Source: an uncultured Clostridia bacterium
GTDB taxonomy: Bacteria; Bacillota; Clostridia; Oscillospirales; QAKW01
DNA length: 64,000 nt
Direction of reading: 5' to 3'
NCBI GenBank assembly: GCA_947627315.1
Contig: CANQVN010000001.1
Span: 1,656-65,655 of the forward strand
Positions 1 to 8,507 of this stretch are shown here, one piece after another. Both the position numbers and the translations under genes were made by a program. Each line of letters begins with the position of its first letter. The first letter of the stretch is position 1. The notes below the pieces were generated by a model. It had not been told where the DNA came from. It saw only the letters and a program-made list of their open reading frames with translations, and did not search any database.

Positions 1-2
1 AC

Positions 3-1730
3 GCCGATTGGGATTGGGAATTATACACCGATGAGCGCGGCGAGTACGTTCTTTTTGAACAATACGGATCAGGTTGTATTTATAACTTTGTTCAGCACAG
101 ATTCATAAAAAGTCCGGAGCCTACCTTCAATTTTTATTTTGATGACGATACAGAGCCGCGCTTTACGATAAAGCCCTCGCAGTTCGGCGAAAAATACCCT
201 TTTATAGAACCGCTGGCCGGTAAATTCATAGGACCGTTGCTCGGAAGGGAAATAAGAGTGGTGCGCAGCTTTGTCCCGATGCCGTATACCTCCTACTGCA
301 AGGTGACCTCGGATATGCCGCTTCGCGGGCATCGTGCTCCCGGCGGCGGATGGGGACATATCGTCTGCCATACATATTCCGGTGAACCTTCAAAAAACAG
401 TTTTTTACCGTCTGACGGGAGATACCGCGAGCTTGCGGCGATTTGGGAGCAGCGGGGCACTACGCTGATACGCAGTGAAAATTCACACAGTATCCATGAA
501 TTAAAGCTGAACCCAAACGAAGAAAAACGCGTGTTCGCCTGTAACGGCGCCGCTCTCATCACGTCTTTGAGACTTCGTCTTTCCGACGAGTCAAACGTGG
601 CATTTAAAAATTTGTGGATACAGGCGCGTTGGGACGGGCATTCGCAAGCCGATATCGAACTGCCTGTGGGCTGTTTTTTCGGTGATGAACTCGGCTACGG
701 CGGACGAAGCTGCCTGTACAACGGATCGGATGGCCGCAGCGGATTTTATTCTTACTATCCGATGCCGTTTAAAGATTCGGCTGAGATTACGCTCATAAAT
801 CGCGGCGAGGAAGCGGTGTCTGTTGAAACCTTCACGGCTGCCTATACAAATAAATTTAACGACCTTTATACTACCGGCAGCTTCGGATATTTTATGAGTA
901 CGCCGTATTATCCAATAAAACCGACGAGCGGGTCGGACAGCCTGATAGCCAATATCTCCGGCATTTCCGGTCACGTTGTGGGAGCGACGATAACAGGATA
1001 TCCATACGAAACCAATAAAGCGAGCTGCGAGGGGGACGTTCGCATCCATTTTGATGGCATACGCACCCCGCAGATAGAGAGCGACGGAAGCGAAAGCTAT
1101 ATCTGCTATGGATGGGGATTCTGCTGTCCGCCGCAAAGCAATCCGATAAGCAGTTATGACGGAAAGCTGACCAATGAACGTGTCGACTGGAGTATGTTCC
1201 GTTCAATGCCCGGAGAACGCTACACCTTTTTTGATAAACTGCATTTTGGTATTGAGTCGTTTGGCTGCAACGAGCATAATATGTGCCATTCGGGCGCGAT
1301 TCTGTTTTATGGAGAACGGAAAAGCCGCGTGAAACTTTTGGGCGAATTTGGCGATGGGGAAGAGAGTCTCACTTCATATTTCGAGGGGGATGATGACGAT
1401 ATAGAGGTAACGCTTTGCGGGTCGCGCGGCAAGGAGACGGAATTTACCGTCGAAACCCGTGGGGCTGCGGAAATCGTGCTGCGCCGCGTCAGCGACCAAA
1501 CGGTGGCAAGGCAGTATGCCGAGGTGTATATAGACGGAGAAAAATGTGCAAAGCCGTGGTATTTTGCCGACAGTAACAAGTATAAACGCTGGCTTGAGGA
1601 CGAATATATTATCCCCAAAACGGCTTTCGGCGACAAGAAGACAATTAAAATCCGTATATCTCCGGCAGAATGCGGCGGTACGGTAAGCTTCAATCAATTC
1701 GGAATTTCCGTTTTCGGAAGATTTATATAA
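3..1730 (+). CDS. DUF2961-like protein, 5' end cut by window edge
   Basis: The frame of the listed ORF 237..1730 stays open back to nt 3 (ADWDWELYTDERGEYVLFEQYGSGCIYNFVQH...). The family call is from memory of the DUF2961 signature. A strong hairpin terminator follows. Confidence 0.6.
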   Translation, partial: ADWDWELYTDERGEYVLFEQYGSGCIYNFVQHRFIKSPEPTFNFYFDDDTEPRFTIKPSQFGEKYPFIEPLAGKFIGPLLGREIRVVRSFVPMPYTSYCKVTSDMPLRGHRAPGGGWGHIVCHTYSGEPSKNSFLPSDGRYRELAAIWEQRGTTLIRSENSHSIHELKLNPNEEKRVFACNGAALITSLRLRLSDESNVAFKNLWIQARWDGHSQADIELPVGCFFGDELGYGGRSCLYNGSDGRSGFYSYYPMPFKDSAEITLINRGEEAVSVETFTAAYTNKFNDLYTTGSFGYFMSTPYYPIKPTSGSDSLIANISGISGHVVGATITGYPYETNKASCEGDVRIHFDGIRTPQIESDGSESYICYGWGFCCPPQSNPISSYDGKLTNERVDWSMFRSMPGERYTFFDKLHFGIESFGCNEHNMCHSGAILFYGERKSRVKLLGEFGDGEESLTSYFEGDDDDIEVTLCGSRGKETEFTVETRGAAEIVLRRVSDQTVARQYAEVYIDGEKCAKPWYFADSNKYKRWLEDEYIIPKTAFGDKKTIKIRISPAECGGTVSFNQFGISVFGRFI

Positions 1731-1739
1731 CAATAAAAA

Positions 1740-1779
1740 GGGCAGAAATTGCAAAACAAACGCAATTTCTGCCCTTTTT
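1740..1779 (+). terminator. Rho-independent terminator of the DUF2961-like gene
   Basis: 13-bp stem GGGCAGAAATTGC/GCAATTTCTGCCC, 9-nt loop, then TTTTT. It starts 10 nt after the stop codon. Confidence 0.8.
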
Positions 1780-1939
1780 ATCAGCGTCGAAGCAAAGCGG
1801 ACTTTGCCGGGGTGCGCGACGGCGCGCAAACCGCGAAATGCTTGAACGCAGTGAGTTTTTCACAGAGAGGAGGAGCAGCGGAGAATGTGAGCTTTTGAGC
1901 CTGCGAGAAAGCGAACAAAACGAAGCTTGCGACGACGAC

Positions 1940-1963
1940 GCTCGTCGGTCTCATAACCCGGAA
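1940..1963 (+). other. Degenerate tRNA-fMet-like remnant (D-stem 3' side plus anticodon arm)
   Basis: GCTCGTCGGTCTCATAACCCGGAA resembles the initiator tRNA segment GCTCGTCGGGCTCATAACCCGAAGG. No T-arm or acceptor follows. Confidence 0.3.
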
Positions 1964-1991
1964 CACCGAGATGGTCAGACTTTCCGCATAT

Positions 1992-2030
1992 AAAAGAGCA
2001 CAGACACCGCAAGGGTGTCTGTGCTCTTTG
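1992..2030 (-). terminator. Bidirectional hairpin terminator abutting the tRNA fragment
   Basis: Perfect 14-bp stem AGAGCACAGACACC/GGTGTCTGTGCTCT with flanking A and T runs, immediately 3' of the ACCA end on the minus strand. Confidence 0.7.
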
Positions 2031-2073
2031 GTTGCGGAGGAAGGACTTGAACCAACGACCTTCGGGTTATGAG
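2029..2073 (-). tRNA. 3' fragment only of an initiator-type tRNA-Met(CAT); putative ICE attachment-site copy, not a functional gene
   Basis: The minus strand reads CTCATAACCCGAAGGTCGTTGGTTCAAGTCCTTCCTCCGCAACCA. It contains an anticodon loop, T-loop, 3' acceptor strand and ACCA. No D-arm or 5' acceptor (TGCGGAG) is present, and the T-stem has two T:T mismatches. Confidence 0.55.
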
Positions 2074-2178
2074 ATATTATCTGCGGTTTCACATTCAATA
2101 CACGATAGTGTTATTTTATCACGGATAGTCCCTTTTTTCAAGGGTTTTGGCAGTAGATGATTCCCTTTTGGTACCATC

Positions 2179-2223
2179 GCGTATCACAGCGTATCACTGC
2201 GGTTGGTGTCAGCGTTGGTGTCA
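2179..2223 (+). repeat. Two adjacent short tandem direct repeats, (GCGTATCAC)x2 and (GTTGGTGTCA)x2, just inside the ICE end
   Basis: Read directly: GCGTATCAC-A-GCGTATCAC-TGCG-GTTGGTGTCA-GC-GTTGGTGTCA. The function (arm-type binding sites?) is inferred only. Confidence 0.8.
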
Positions 2224-2374
2224 AAATAAAGATCTATTGTCGTGCAATTATATTTTAAAAAAGCAAATGGCTCGTCGGGTTTAGTAACTTGTTAAATTTA
2301 CAGTCTTTGGGTTTAAAACTTCGTAACACTTTATACTTTGGGTTAACGGCATTTGTTTTGCAGCCACTCTTTTT

Positions 2375-2452
2375 GGCGCAGAAAAGGATTTGCTATGTGT
2401 CTTGCAATAAACAAGGCAATACATTTCTATTTCTGCGCCTTTTTTATTTTTT
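2375..2452 (+). terminator. Terminator-like hairpin directly upstream of the first ICE ORF (possible attenuator)
   Basis: 10-bp stem GGCGCAGAAA/TTTCTGCGCC enclosing a 45-nt loop, followed by TTTTTTATTTTTT. The SD AAGGAG and ATG 2468 come next. Confidence 0.45.
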
Positions 2453-2467
2453 ACAAGGAGAAAAAAT

Positions 2468-3571
2468 ATGTCAAAATACAAATTACAGTTAAAACAAATC
2501 GTGGATTACCCGCGATGCCGAATTTACCGACAATTTATTCGGCAATTGATAGAAGATCGGAACATTCGTTTGGGCGGAAGTTCCGGTCTTTATTATTATA
2601 CTGTTTTATCCTGCTTTGCAAACTTCCGCACATCCCATAAACGCATCGACGGAATAAGTTATACGGTTTATCCCGGTGAATGGGTGTGCAGGATAAGCGA
2701 GGTATGCGAATGGTTTCGCGTAAGGTTCCACCATCAGGCTTTTTCGATACTAAACGATCTTGTGAAGCGCAAGCTGATCACATTTTCCCTGCTCGGTCAC
2801 GGCAACATCATAAAATATACAATATGCGACTGGAAAAAAGCAAACCGTGTCCTGGAGTATAATGCGCCATGTCAAAAGGACACGGGCTTTTTCTTTCTGC
2901 CCATATCAAAAGCAAATGAACTGGTCGGTTCGGGGCGATGCTCGGAAATGGACGTTCTGTTGGATATGTGGATCAATGCCGTGTATAACGACAGTCGGGT
3001 TTCCGCTTCCGAAGCCGGTCCCGTTGTGTATTTCAGAAACGGAACGGGCTGCCCGCTTACCTGTTATGCGGAACTGGCAAAAAGATGGGGCGTATCAAAA
3101 GCAACAGCCGGTCGCTATGTAAGACGGTTGGACGATATCGGATATATAACGCAGATCAGTTTTCCCGGTACTTACGGCAGTGCCATCTACCTTCAGAATT
3201 ACCTTTCCACCATGTTTCAGATTTCCGATGTAATGATAGATAAGGAGGAAGTGGCGATGATGCTGGATATCCATATAAGCACGCCGGACGAAAACGATCA
3301 AAGCGTTTCAAAAGACGATCTCAGCGTATCAGAATCGCACATTGAAATGATACGGGAAAAAGTCGAAAAAATCCTTACCGCACAAGGCGTTTTGTGTGTT
3401 TCGTGTCCGAAAATCAAATATAAGTTATTTCCTTTATCCGATTGCGGTGAAGATATCTTATCAAGAGTAAATATCATACCCCCTATCCGCCGATATATAC
3501 TGCTTCTATCCTGTGACGGTAAAAACGAAATCATGCGGTTTTGTATCAAACTTACAGAGGAGGGATCGTAA
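2468..3571 (+). CDS. Hypothetical protein; a central HTH-like segment (AELAKRWGVSKATAGRYVRRLDDIGYI) suggests DNA binding
   Basis: 367-aa ORF with SD AAGGAG upstream and stop/start abutment with the next gene. Confidence 0.7.
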   Translation: MSKYKLQLKQIVDYPRCRIYRQFIRQLIEDRNIRLGGSSGLYYYTVLSCFANFRTSHKRIDGISYTVYPGEWVCRISEVCEWFRVRFHHQAFSILNDLVKRKLITFSLLGHGNIIKYTICDWKKANRVLEYNAPCQKDTGFFFLPISKANELVGSGRCSEMDVLLDMWINAVYNDSRVSASEAGPVVYFRNGTGCPLTCYAELAKRWGVSKATAGRYVRRLDDIGYITQISFPGTYGSAIYLQNYLSTMFQISDVMIDKEEVAMMLDIHISTPDENDQSVSKDDLSVSESHIEMIREKVEKILTAQGVLCVSCPKIKYKLFPLSDCGEDILSRVNIIPPIRRYILLLSCDGKNEIMRFCIKLTEEGS

Positions 3572-4101
3572 TGTCAAAACAGGAACTGATCAATAATCCC
3601 GTCTACCACGATACGCTTACGCTTCTGAAAAAATACAGAGACGTTGTGTGGAGCGTCGAGCTGTCCGTTCAGCGTGTGCGCAGAAAATTTCAAATCGAGT
3701 ATGGCACGTCCATAGAGGATTTTCTCGATTCGATATACCTGGCGGGCATTGATTTTGAAGAGAGCGACATTGCCGAACACGCGCAAAGCATCGAGCGAAG
3801 TTATAAGATGCTTCGGCTTGTCGAGTCCTCCGTTAATCTGCTCCGCGAAAAGCATAAAAACGGAGAGACGTATTACTGGATACTTTATTACAGTTTTCTG
3901 TCGCCACGGCAGTACCGCAATGCCGATGAGATCATAGAGCAGCTACGCCCGCATATCCAAGATATCAGTTACCGTACCTACTACAGAAAACGCCGCGAAG
4001 CTATAGAGGCTTTCTCCTCAATCTTGTGGGGCTATTCCTCCCGCGACAGCTTAAATCTTTTAGAGCGGTTTTTCCCGAATGACGAAAAAGACGGGAACTG
4101 A
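3571..4101 (+). CDS. Putative ArpU/sigma-70 region-4-like transcriptional regulator
   Basis: SD AGAGGAGGGA before ATG 3571. The C-terminal YRTYYRKRREAIEAFSSILWG resembles phage ArpU-type regulators (from memory). Confidence 0.65.
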   Translation: MSKQELINNPVYHDTLTLLKKYRDVVWSVELSVQRVRRKFQIEYGTSIEDFLDSIYLAGIDFEESDIAEHAQSIERSYKMLRLVESSVNLLREKHKNGETYYWILYYSFLSPRQYRNADEIIEQLRPHIQDISYRTYYRKRREAIEAFSSILWGYSSRDSLNLLERFFPNDEKDGN

Positions 4102-4246
4102 CATAAAATTGGCACGGTATTGCTATTGCGGCGTAAATGAGGGCGTGATAGAATGGGTATGCTCAAAACTATGTCACAAGTTCAAAGCACCATTTTCGGA
4201 TGGTGTTTTTTATATTGCTCAAAAGAGGTTAAGGAGGAACAATTAC

Positions 4247-4624
4247 TTGAAAAACAAAAACACTGCCGTAAAACGAAAAAGCGACCGCCATATGGATTGG
4301 GGGCGCATCCTTTTCACACTATTTGTGATGACGTGCCTGTTTTCCGTGATGGCTTTCAGAACCTTTGCCGCGCCTACGGTGTGGGATAAAGCGACCGAGA
4401 TAATGAAGGACGTTTATAACCAGGTGCTTGCAATATCCACCATCGCGGCAATCGTCACAGCATCGATAGCGTTGCTTTTAATGAATTTTTCAAAGTCGGG
4501 CCGTACCGTTGACGAGTCGCGCGCGTGGTTGAAAAGAATTATTATCACCTGGGCTATTCTGAACGGGCTCGGTTTTATTATGGCGTATATCACTCCGTTC
4601 TTTTCGGGAGGAAAATGGGGTTGA
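4247..4624 (+). CDS. Small two-TM pilin-like protein (TrbC/VirB2- or Maff2-like)
   Basis: TTG start 7 nt after AAGGAGG. It has a signal-like N-terminus (FRTFAAPTVWD) and a second TM segment, and sits just before the VirB6-like gene. Confidence 0.6.
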   Translation: MKNKNTAVKRKSDRHMDWGRILFTLFVMTCLFSVMAFRTFAAPTVWDKATEIMKDVYNQVLAISTIAAIVTASIALLLMNFSKSGRTVDESRAWLKRIIITWAILNGLGFIMAYITPFFSGGKWG

Positions 4625-4646
4625 CGAAAGGATGTGATCGTGCCGT

Positions 4647-5357
4647 ATGGGCATTTTAGACGGGATTGTTCAATGGATCGCTGAGCAGGTCATGAACGCG
4701 CTGGATCTGATCAGCACATCGGTTTTGGGCGCGCTGGGGTGCAACATGGATACTTTCCTGCGTTATTTCCCCGCCGCCGAAACCATGTATAACATATTTG
4801 TTGCTCTGGCAATCGGCTTGATATTGCTCAATTGGATATGGCAGCTGTTCAAAAACTACGGGTTGTCTGCCGGCGTGGAAGCGGAAGATCCGGTGAAACT
4901 GTCATTGCGCTCGATTCTCTTTATTCTGCTTGCCTACTTTTCGGATGATATTGTAAATATTATTTTGAAGATCGGCGGCACACCGTATAAATGGATCTTG
5001 AACTTCGAACTGCCGCCTTTGAATTTTTCGGATTTCAACAGCGTCCTGCTTACGATTTTGGGAGTGTGCGCAAACGGCGCAGTTGCCATTATTGCGCTAA
5101 TACTGATCCTTATTTTAGCGTGGAATTATATAAAGCTGTTATTTGAAGCGGCAGAGAGATATGTTCTGCTTGGCGTTCTGGTATACACCGCTCCGGTAGC
5201 CTTCGCTACGGGAGCATCCCAAACGACGGGCAATATATTCAAGAGTTGGTGCAGGATGTTCGCCGGGCAGATCTTTCTGCTGATTATGAATGCTTGGTGC
5301 CTGCGATTATTCACCTCAATGGTCGGAACATTTCTTTCAAATCCATTGTCATTGTAA
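4647..5357 (+). CDS. Polytopic membrane protein, VirB6/TrbL-like (CD0415/CD1112-type)
   Basis: 236 aa with several TM segments and an MGILDGIVQWIAEQV N-terminus typical of Clostridia ICE VirB6 analogues (from memory). Confidence 0.75.
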   Translation: MGILDGIVQWIAEQVMNALDLISTSVLGALGCNMDTFLRYFPAAETMYNIFVALAIGLILLNWIWQLFKNYGLSAGVEAEDPVKLSLRSILFILLAYFSDDIVNIILKIGGTPYKWILNFELPPLNFSDFNSVLLTILGVCANGAVAIIALILILILAWNYIKLLFEAAERYVLLGVLVYTAPVAFATGASQTTGNIFKSWCRMFAGQIFLLIMNAWCLRLFTSMVGTFLSNPLSL

Positions 5358-5367
5358 AGGGGAAAAT

Positions 5368-6294
5368 ATGAAAAAAAGAACAAAAGCGTTAATTCTAGCG
5401 GCGGTCGTTGCGACAGCCTTGTGTCTTCTCTCCGTTTCGGCTTTTGCTTTGACGGAAAGCGAAGTGCAGCGGCAGGTCGATGCAGCGGGTCGTGAATCGG
5501 TGACCGGGAATATATTCATTTGGTTTCTGTGCGCCGTTGCATTTTTAAAAGTATCTCAAAAAATAGACAGTTTTTTATCGTCGCTCGGCATCAATGTCGG
5601 TCATACGGGCGGCTCGATGTTGGCGGAAGCAATGATCGCCATGCGCGGTGTCGGTATGGCTAAAGGTATGATGGGCGGAAACGGCGGTTATTCGGGACAT
5701 TCTGCGGGAGGGTCGGTTTCCTCGTCTGACGGAGCGGGCTTTATGAGCGGAGGGCTTGCCGGAGTCGTAAGCAGAAAATTCACAAACGACGCCGTAAAAT
5801 CGGCGACAAACGGCGGCGGAGGAGGAATAGGCGGAGCCGCGTTTTCCGCGTCCGTCAGCAAGGGCGGCGGATTTGCCAATCGTGTTATCGGCGATGTGGC
5901 AACGGGAGATATATCCAAAAAAGGCACGATCAGCGGCGAGGGAGCGTCTGATGCGCTGATGTCCTATCTCGGCTATACGGCACTCGGAAGCGATACGGAG
6001 GATGTTCCCTCGTTCAGCAATGTCGAGATAGGCGGCGGGCGGATAACCGCAACGGAGGTGACGCCCACCAATCCGAACGGTATTGAAACGGCAATGTATC
6101 ACGCGGAAAAATATGCCGCGCCCGACGGGAACTATACGACGGTAACGACCGCGGACGGATCTTCCTGGTATAAACAATATGCGGTCGATACGGTAGAACG
6201 CACTCCATATTCCGCGCCGGACGGCGAAGTGGCATATCATGAAAAAATCGTAAAGAAGCTACCCAAATCCCCGCCGCGAAAGGATAAACTGTAA
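5368..6294 (+). CDS. Signal-peptide, Gly-rich T4SS-associated membrane/surface protein
   Basis: ATG 5368 follows AAAGGGGA. It starts MKKRTKALILAAVVATALCLLSVSAFA and has long G/S/A-rich tracts. Confidence 0.7.
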   Translation: MKKRTKALILAAVVATALCLLSVSAFALTESEVQRQVDAAGRESVTGNIFIWFLCAVAFLKVSQKIDSFLSSLGINVGHTGGSMLAEAMIAMRGVGMAKGMMGGNGGYSGHSAGGSVSSSDGAGFMSGGLAGVVSRKFTNDAVKSATNGGGGGIGGAAFSASVSKGGGFANRVIGDVATGDISKKGTISGEGASDALMSYLGYTALGSDTEDVPSFSNVEIGGGRITATEVTPTNPNGIETAMYHAEKYAAPDGNYTTVTTADGSSWYKQYAVDTVERTPYSAPDGEVAYHEKIVKKLPKSPPRKDKL

Positions 6295-7691
6295 TGGCGG
6301 AAGAAAACAGAAATTCTGTGACGGAACAACTTCAAAAAGGCGCTCAGGCTGCCGGTGCTGTAAAAAGCGCCGTCAAGACGGGTAAAGCAATCGCCGCTGC
6401 CGCAAAAGGCGCCGCGGCGGGCGGACCGTTTGGCGCCGCTGCGGGATTTGTATTGCAAAATCGAAAGCTGATAGCAAAACTTGCAATAGCCCTGGTCGCC
6501 TTTTTGCTTTTGCCCGTCCTGTTCATCTGTATGCTGCCCTCTCTCGTATTCGGTGGGTTGGGAAACGAATATTCTCCAAGCGATCCCGACACGCCGATTT
6601 TGAACAGCGATACGGCGCTTACCGCAAATATGACCTCCGCTTCGGATGCGATAAGCAGAGTATTGTCGGACGGCATGTCCGAGCTTTTGGAGCAAATCGA
6701 CCGTGACTATGCGGCTTCGGGAGCGGAGCGGAAAGAAATTATCAATCCGTATGAGAACTCGCCGTCCTTTAACGCAAACCGCTTTATAAGCCAATACTGC
6801 GCGTCGAAAAACGAGGATTTTTCGGCGGTTTCGCTTGAGGATATGAATAGCATACTGAAAAGCGGGAAAGACGAACTGTATTCATACGAAAGAGTGTTGC
6901 AGCAACGGACAGTCAAAAAAGAAGTTGTAACGATCGATCCCACTACCGAAAAAGAGGTCAAAACCGAGATCTCGGAAACGAAGCTGTGGGCGTCTTACAC
7001 TGTGAAGTACAACGGCGAAATGTATTTTGCCGACCGGATCTTTCACCTGAATGACGAGCAGAAGCAACTCGCCGAAAACTACGCGCAGAACCTCAGTCTG
7101 TTTTTGGGCGACAGTATGTTTCAGTGTCTGCCGGACGGCTACAGCGCATCCCCTTCGCTCGGAGATATTCGGTTTACCGACGGACAAATCCCCGTTGTAT
7201 ACTACAATCAGGTGGACGAACGCTATTCCGATCAGCCATACGGAACGGACAAAATCGGCAGCTGCGGATGCGGACCGACCGCGATGGCAATAGTGGTATC
7301 GTCGTTAACGGATAGTACGGTCGATCCCGTAACGATGGCGGAATGGTCGTATAAAAACGGATATTGGTGCTCGGGGAGCGGATCGTATCACGATTTGATA
7401 CCGGAAGCGGCAAAGGCTTGGAAACTGCCTGTGGAGGGCTGCGGCAAAAATAACGGTCAAATGATTGCCGACGCCCTTTCCAAAGGGAAATTGGTTGTCG
7501 CTCTGATGGTAAAGGGTCATTTTACCAAGACCGGTCATTTTATCGTTTTACGCGGCGTGAGAAACGGAAAAATTCTTGTGGCGGATCCGGTCAGTTACGC
7601 ACGCAGCGAACAGGAATGGGATCTTTCGGTCATTCTGAGCGAAGCAAGCCCGAACGCGGGAGCAGGCGGACCGTTTTGGATCATAGGATAG
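6294..7691 (+). CDS. Cell-wall hydrolase with a C-terminal papain-fold (C39-like) Cys peptidase domain; VirB1 functional analogue
   Basis: N-terminal TM segment. Putative catalytic Cys in KIGSCGCGPTAMA and His in GHFIVLRG. TAATG overlap with the upstream gene. Confidence 0.8.
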   Translation: MAEENRNSVTEQLQKGAQAAGAVKSAVKTGKAIAAAAKGAAAGGPFGAAAGFVLQNRKLIAKLAIALVAFLLLPVLFICMLPSLVFGGLGNEYSPSDPDTPILNSDTALTANMTSASDAISRVLSDGMSELLEQIDRDYAASGAERKEIINPYENSPSFNANRFISQYCASKNEDFSAVSLEDMNSILKSGKDELYSYERVLQQRTVKKEVVTIDPTTEKEVKTEISETKLWASYTVKYNGEMYFADRIFHLNDEQKQLAENYAQNLSLFLGDSMFQCLPDGYSASPSLGDIRFTDGQIPVVYYNQVDERYSDQPYGTDKIGSCGCGPTAMAIVVSSLTDSTVDPVTMAEWSYKNGYWCSGSGSYHDLIPEAAKAWKLPVEGCGKNNGQMIADALSKGKLVVALMVKGHFTKTGHFIVLRGVRNGKILVADPVSYARSEQEWDLSVILSEASPNAGAGGPFWIIG

Positions 7692-7753
7692 AACAGATTG
7701 CATATACTATAAATAGCAGTATCAATAAAACGATAAATTTATCTACATATATG

Positions 7754-7782
7754 TTGACAAATAAACTGATATATGCTATGCT
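7754..7782 (+). promoter_or_regulatory. Sigma-A type promoter for the TA pair
   Basis: TTGACA, 17-nt spacer ending in TGC (extended -10), then TATGCT. Confidence 0.5.
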
Positions 7783-7802
7783 GTTCTATGCGAGGTGATA
7801 GT

Positions 7803-8126
7803 ATGTTTAATATTGCAAGTGCGATCCGGAATACGATTTCCATAACGCTTTTCAACCGCGGACAGGCGGGCAAGATTTTCGAAGACGTGAAAAAAAGCGG
7901 CGCAAAAGTGGTGATGAAAAACAACACCGCAGAATGCGTGCTGATGTCGCCGGACGAGTATCTCAAACTGATCGATGAGGTAAACGACGCGCGTCTGCTT
8001 GCCGAGGCGACAGGTCGGATGGCAAAATTCAACGCCGCCGACGCCATCCCTGCCGAAAAAGTCTATGACGATCTTGGGATCACGCCGTCTGCTCTTGAAA
8101 GCTCCGACGAGGTGGAGTTTGAATGA
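7803..8126 (+). CDS. Phd/YefM-family type II antitoxin
   Basis: The KVVMKNNTAECVLMSPDEYLKLIDEVNDARL pattern, small size, and a 4-nt overlap with the toxin gene. Confidence 0.85.
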   Translation: MFNIASAIRNTISITLFNRGQAGKIFEDVKKSGAKVVMKNNTAECVLMSPDEYLKLIDEVNDARLLAEATGRMAKFNAADAIPAEKVYDDLGITPSALESSDEVEFE

Positions 8127-8455
8127 TGTGGACGCTCAAGTTTTTGCCGGAGGCAGAAAAGGATTTGAAAAAACTTTCCGGCAATCAGCGTATAATGACT
8201 GTTAAAGCCATTGAAAAGGTGCGGCAAAACCCACTTCCCGCGTCGGAGGGCGGTTACGGAAAGCCGCTCGGACATAAGGGTGCAAACGATTTGATCGGCT
8301 TTTTGAAAATCAAACTCAAGGACGCCGGGATCCGTGTTGTTTACAAACTGATACGAACGGATAGCGAAATGCTGATCGTCGTGATAGGCGCGCGGGCGGA
8401 CGATGAAGTTTATAATGCCGCACAGCATCGCGCGGACAACAACAATCTAAACTGA
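8123..8455 (+). CDS. RelE/ParE-family type II toxin
   Basis: 110 aa starting WTLKFLPEAEKDLKKL, with RVVYKLIRTDSEMLIVVIGARADDEVY typical of RelE/ParE. Confidence 0.85.
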   Translation: MMWTLKFLPEAEKDLKKLSGNQRIMTVKAIEKVRQNPLPASEGGYGKPLGHKGANDLIGFLKIKLKDAGIRVVYKLIRTDSEMLIVVIGARADDEVYNAAQHRADNNNLN

Positions 8456-8507
8456 AATCAAATGAAATTCCTCATTCGGTACATAATACCGGGTGAGGAA
8501 TTTTATA

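Noticed and set aside
1670-2098. ORFs 1670..1993(+) and 1781..2098(-)
   Set aside because: They span two hairpin terminators and the tRNA-derived fragments. They have no SD, and the translations have no features. The region is better explained as non-coding att/tRNA remnants.
2029-2110. A complete tRNA-Met gene
   Set aside because: Only the 3' 45 nt are tRNA-like. The expected 5' acceptor strand and D-arm are missing and the T-stem is mismatched, so I report a fragment rather than a gene.
2230-2374. A third copy of the conserved ssb/yqaJ leader upstream of the first ICE gene
   Set aside because: Only a loose 13/19 match to the conserved block (TAACTTGTTAAATTTACAG) and no colinear similarity. 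The architecture (terminator before the first gene) is similar, but sequence homology is not supported.
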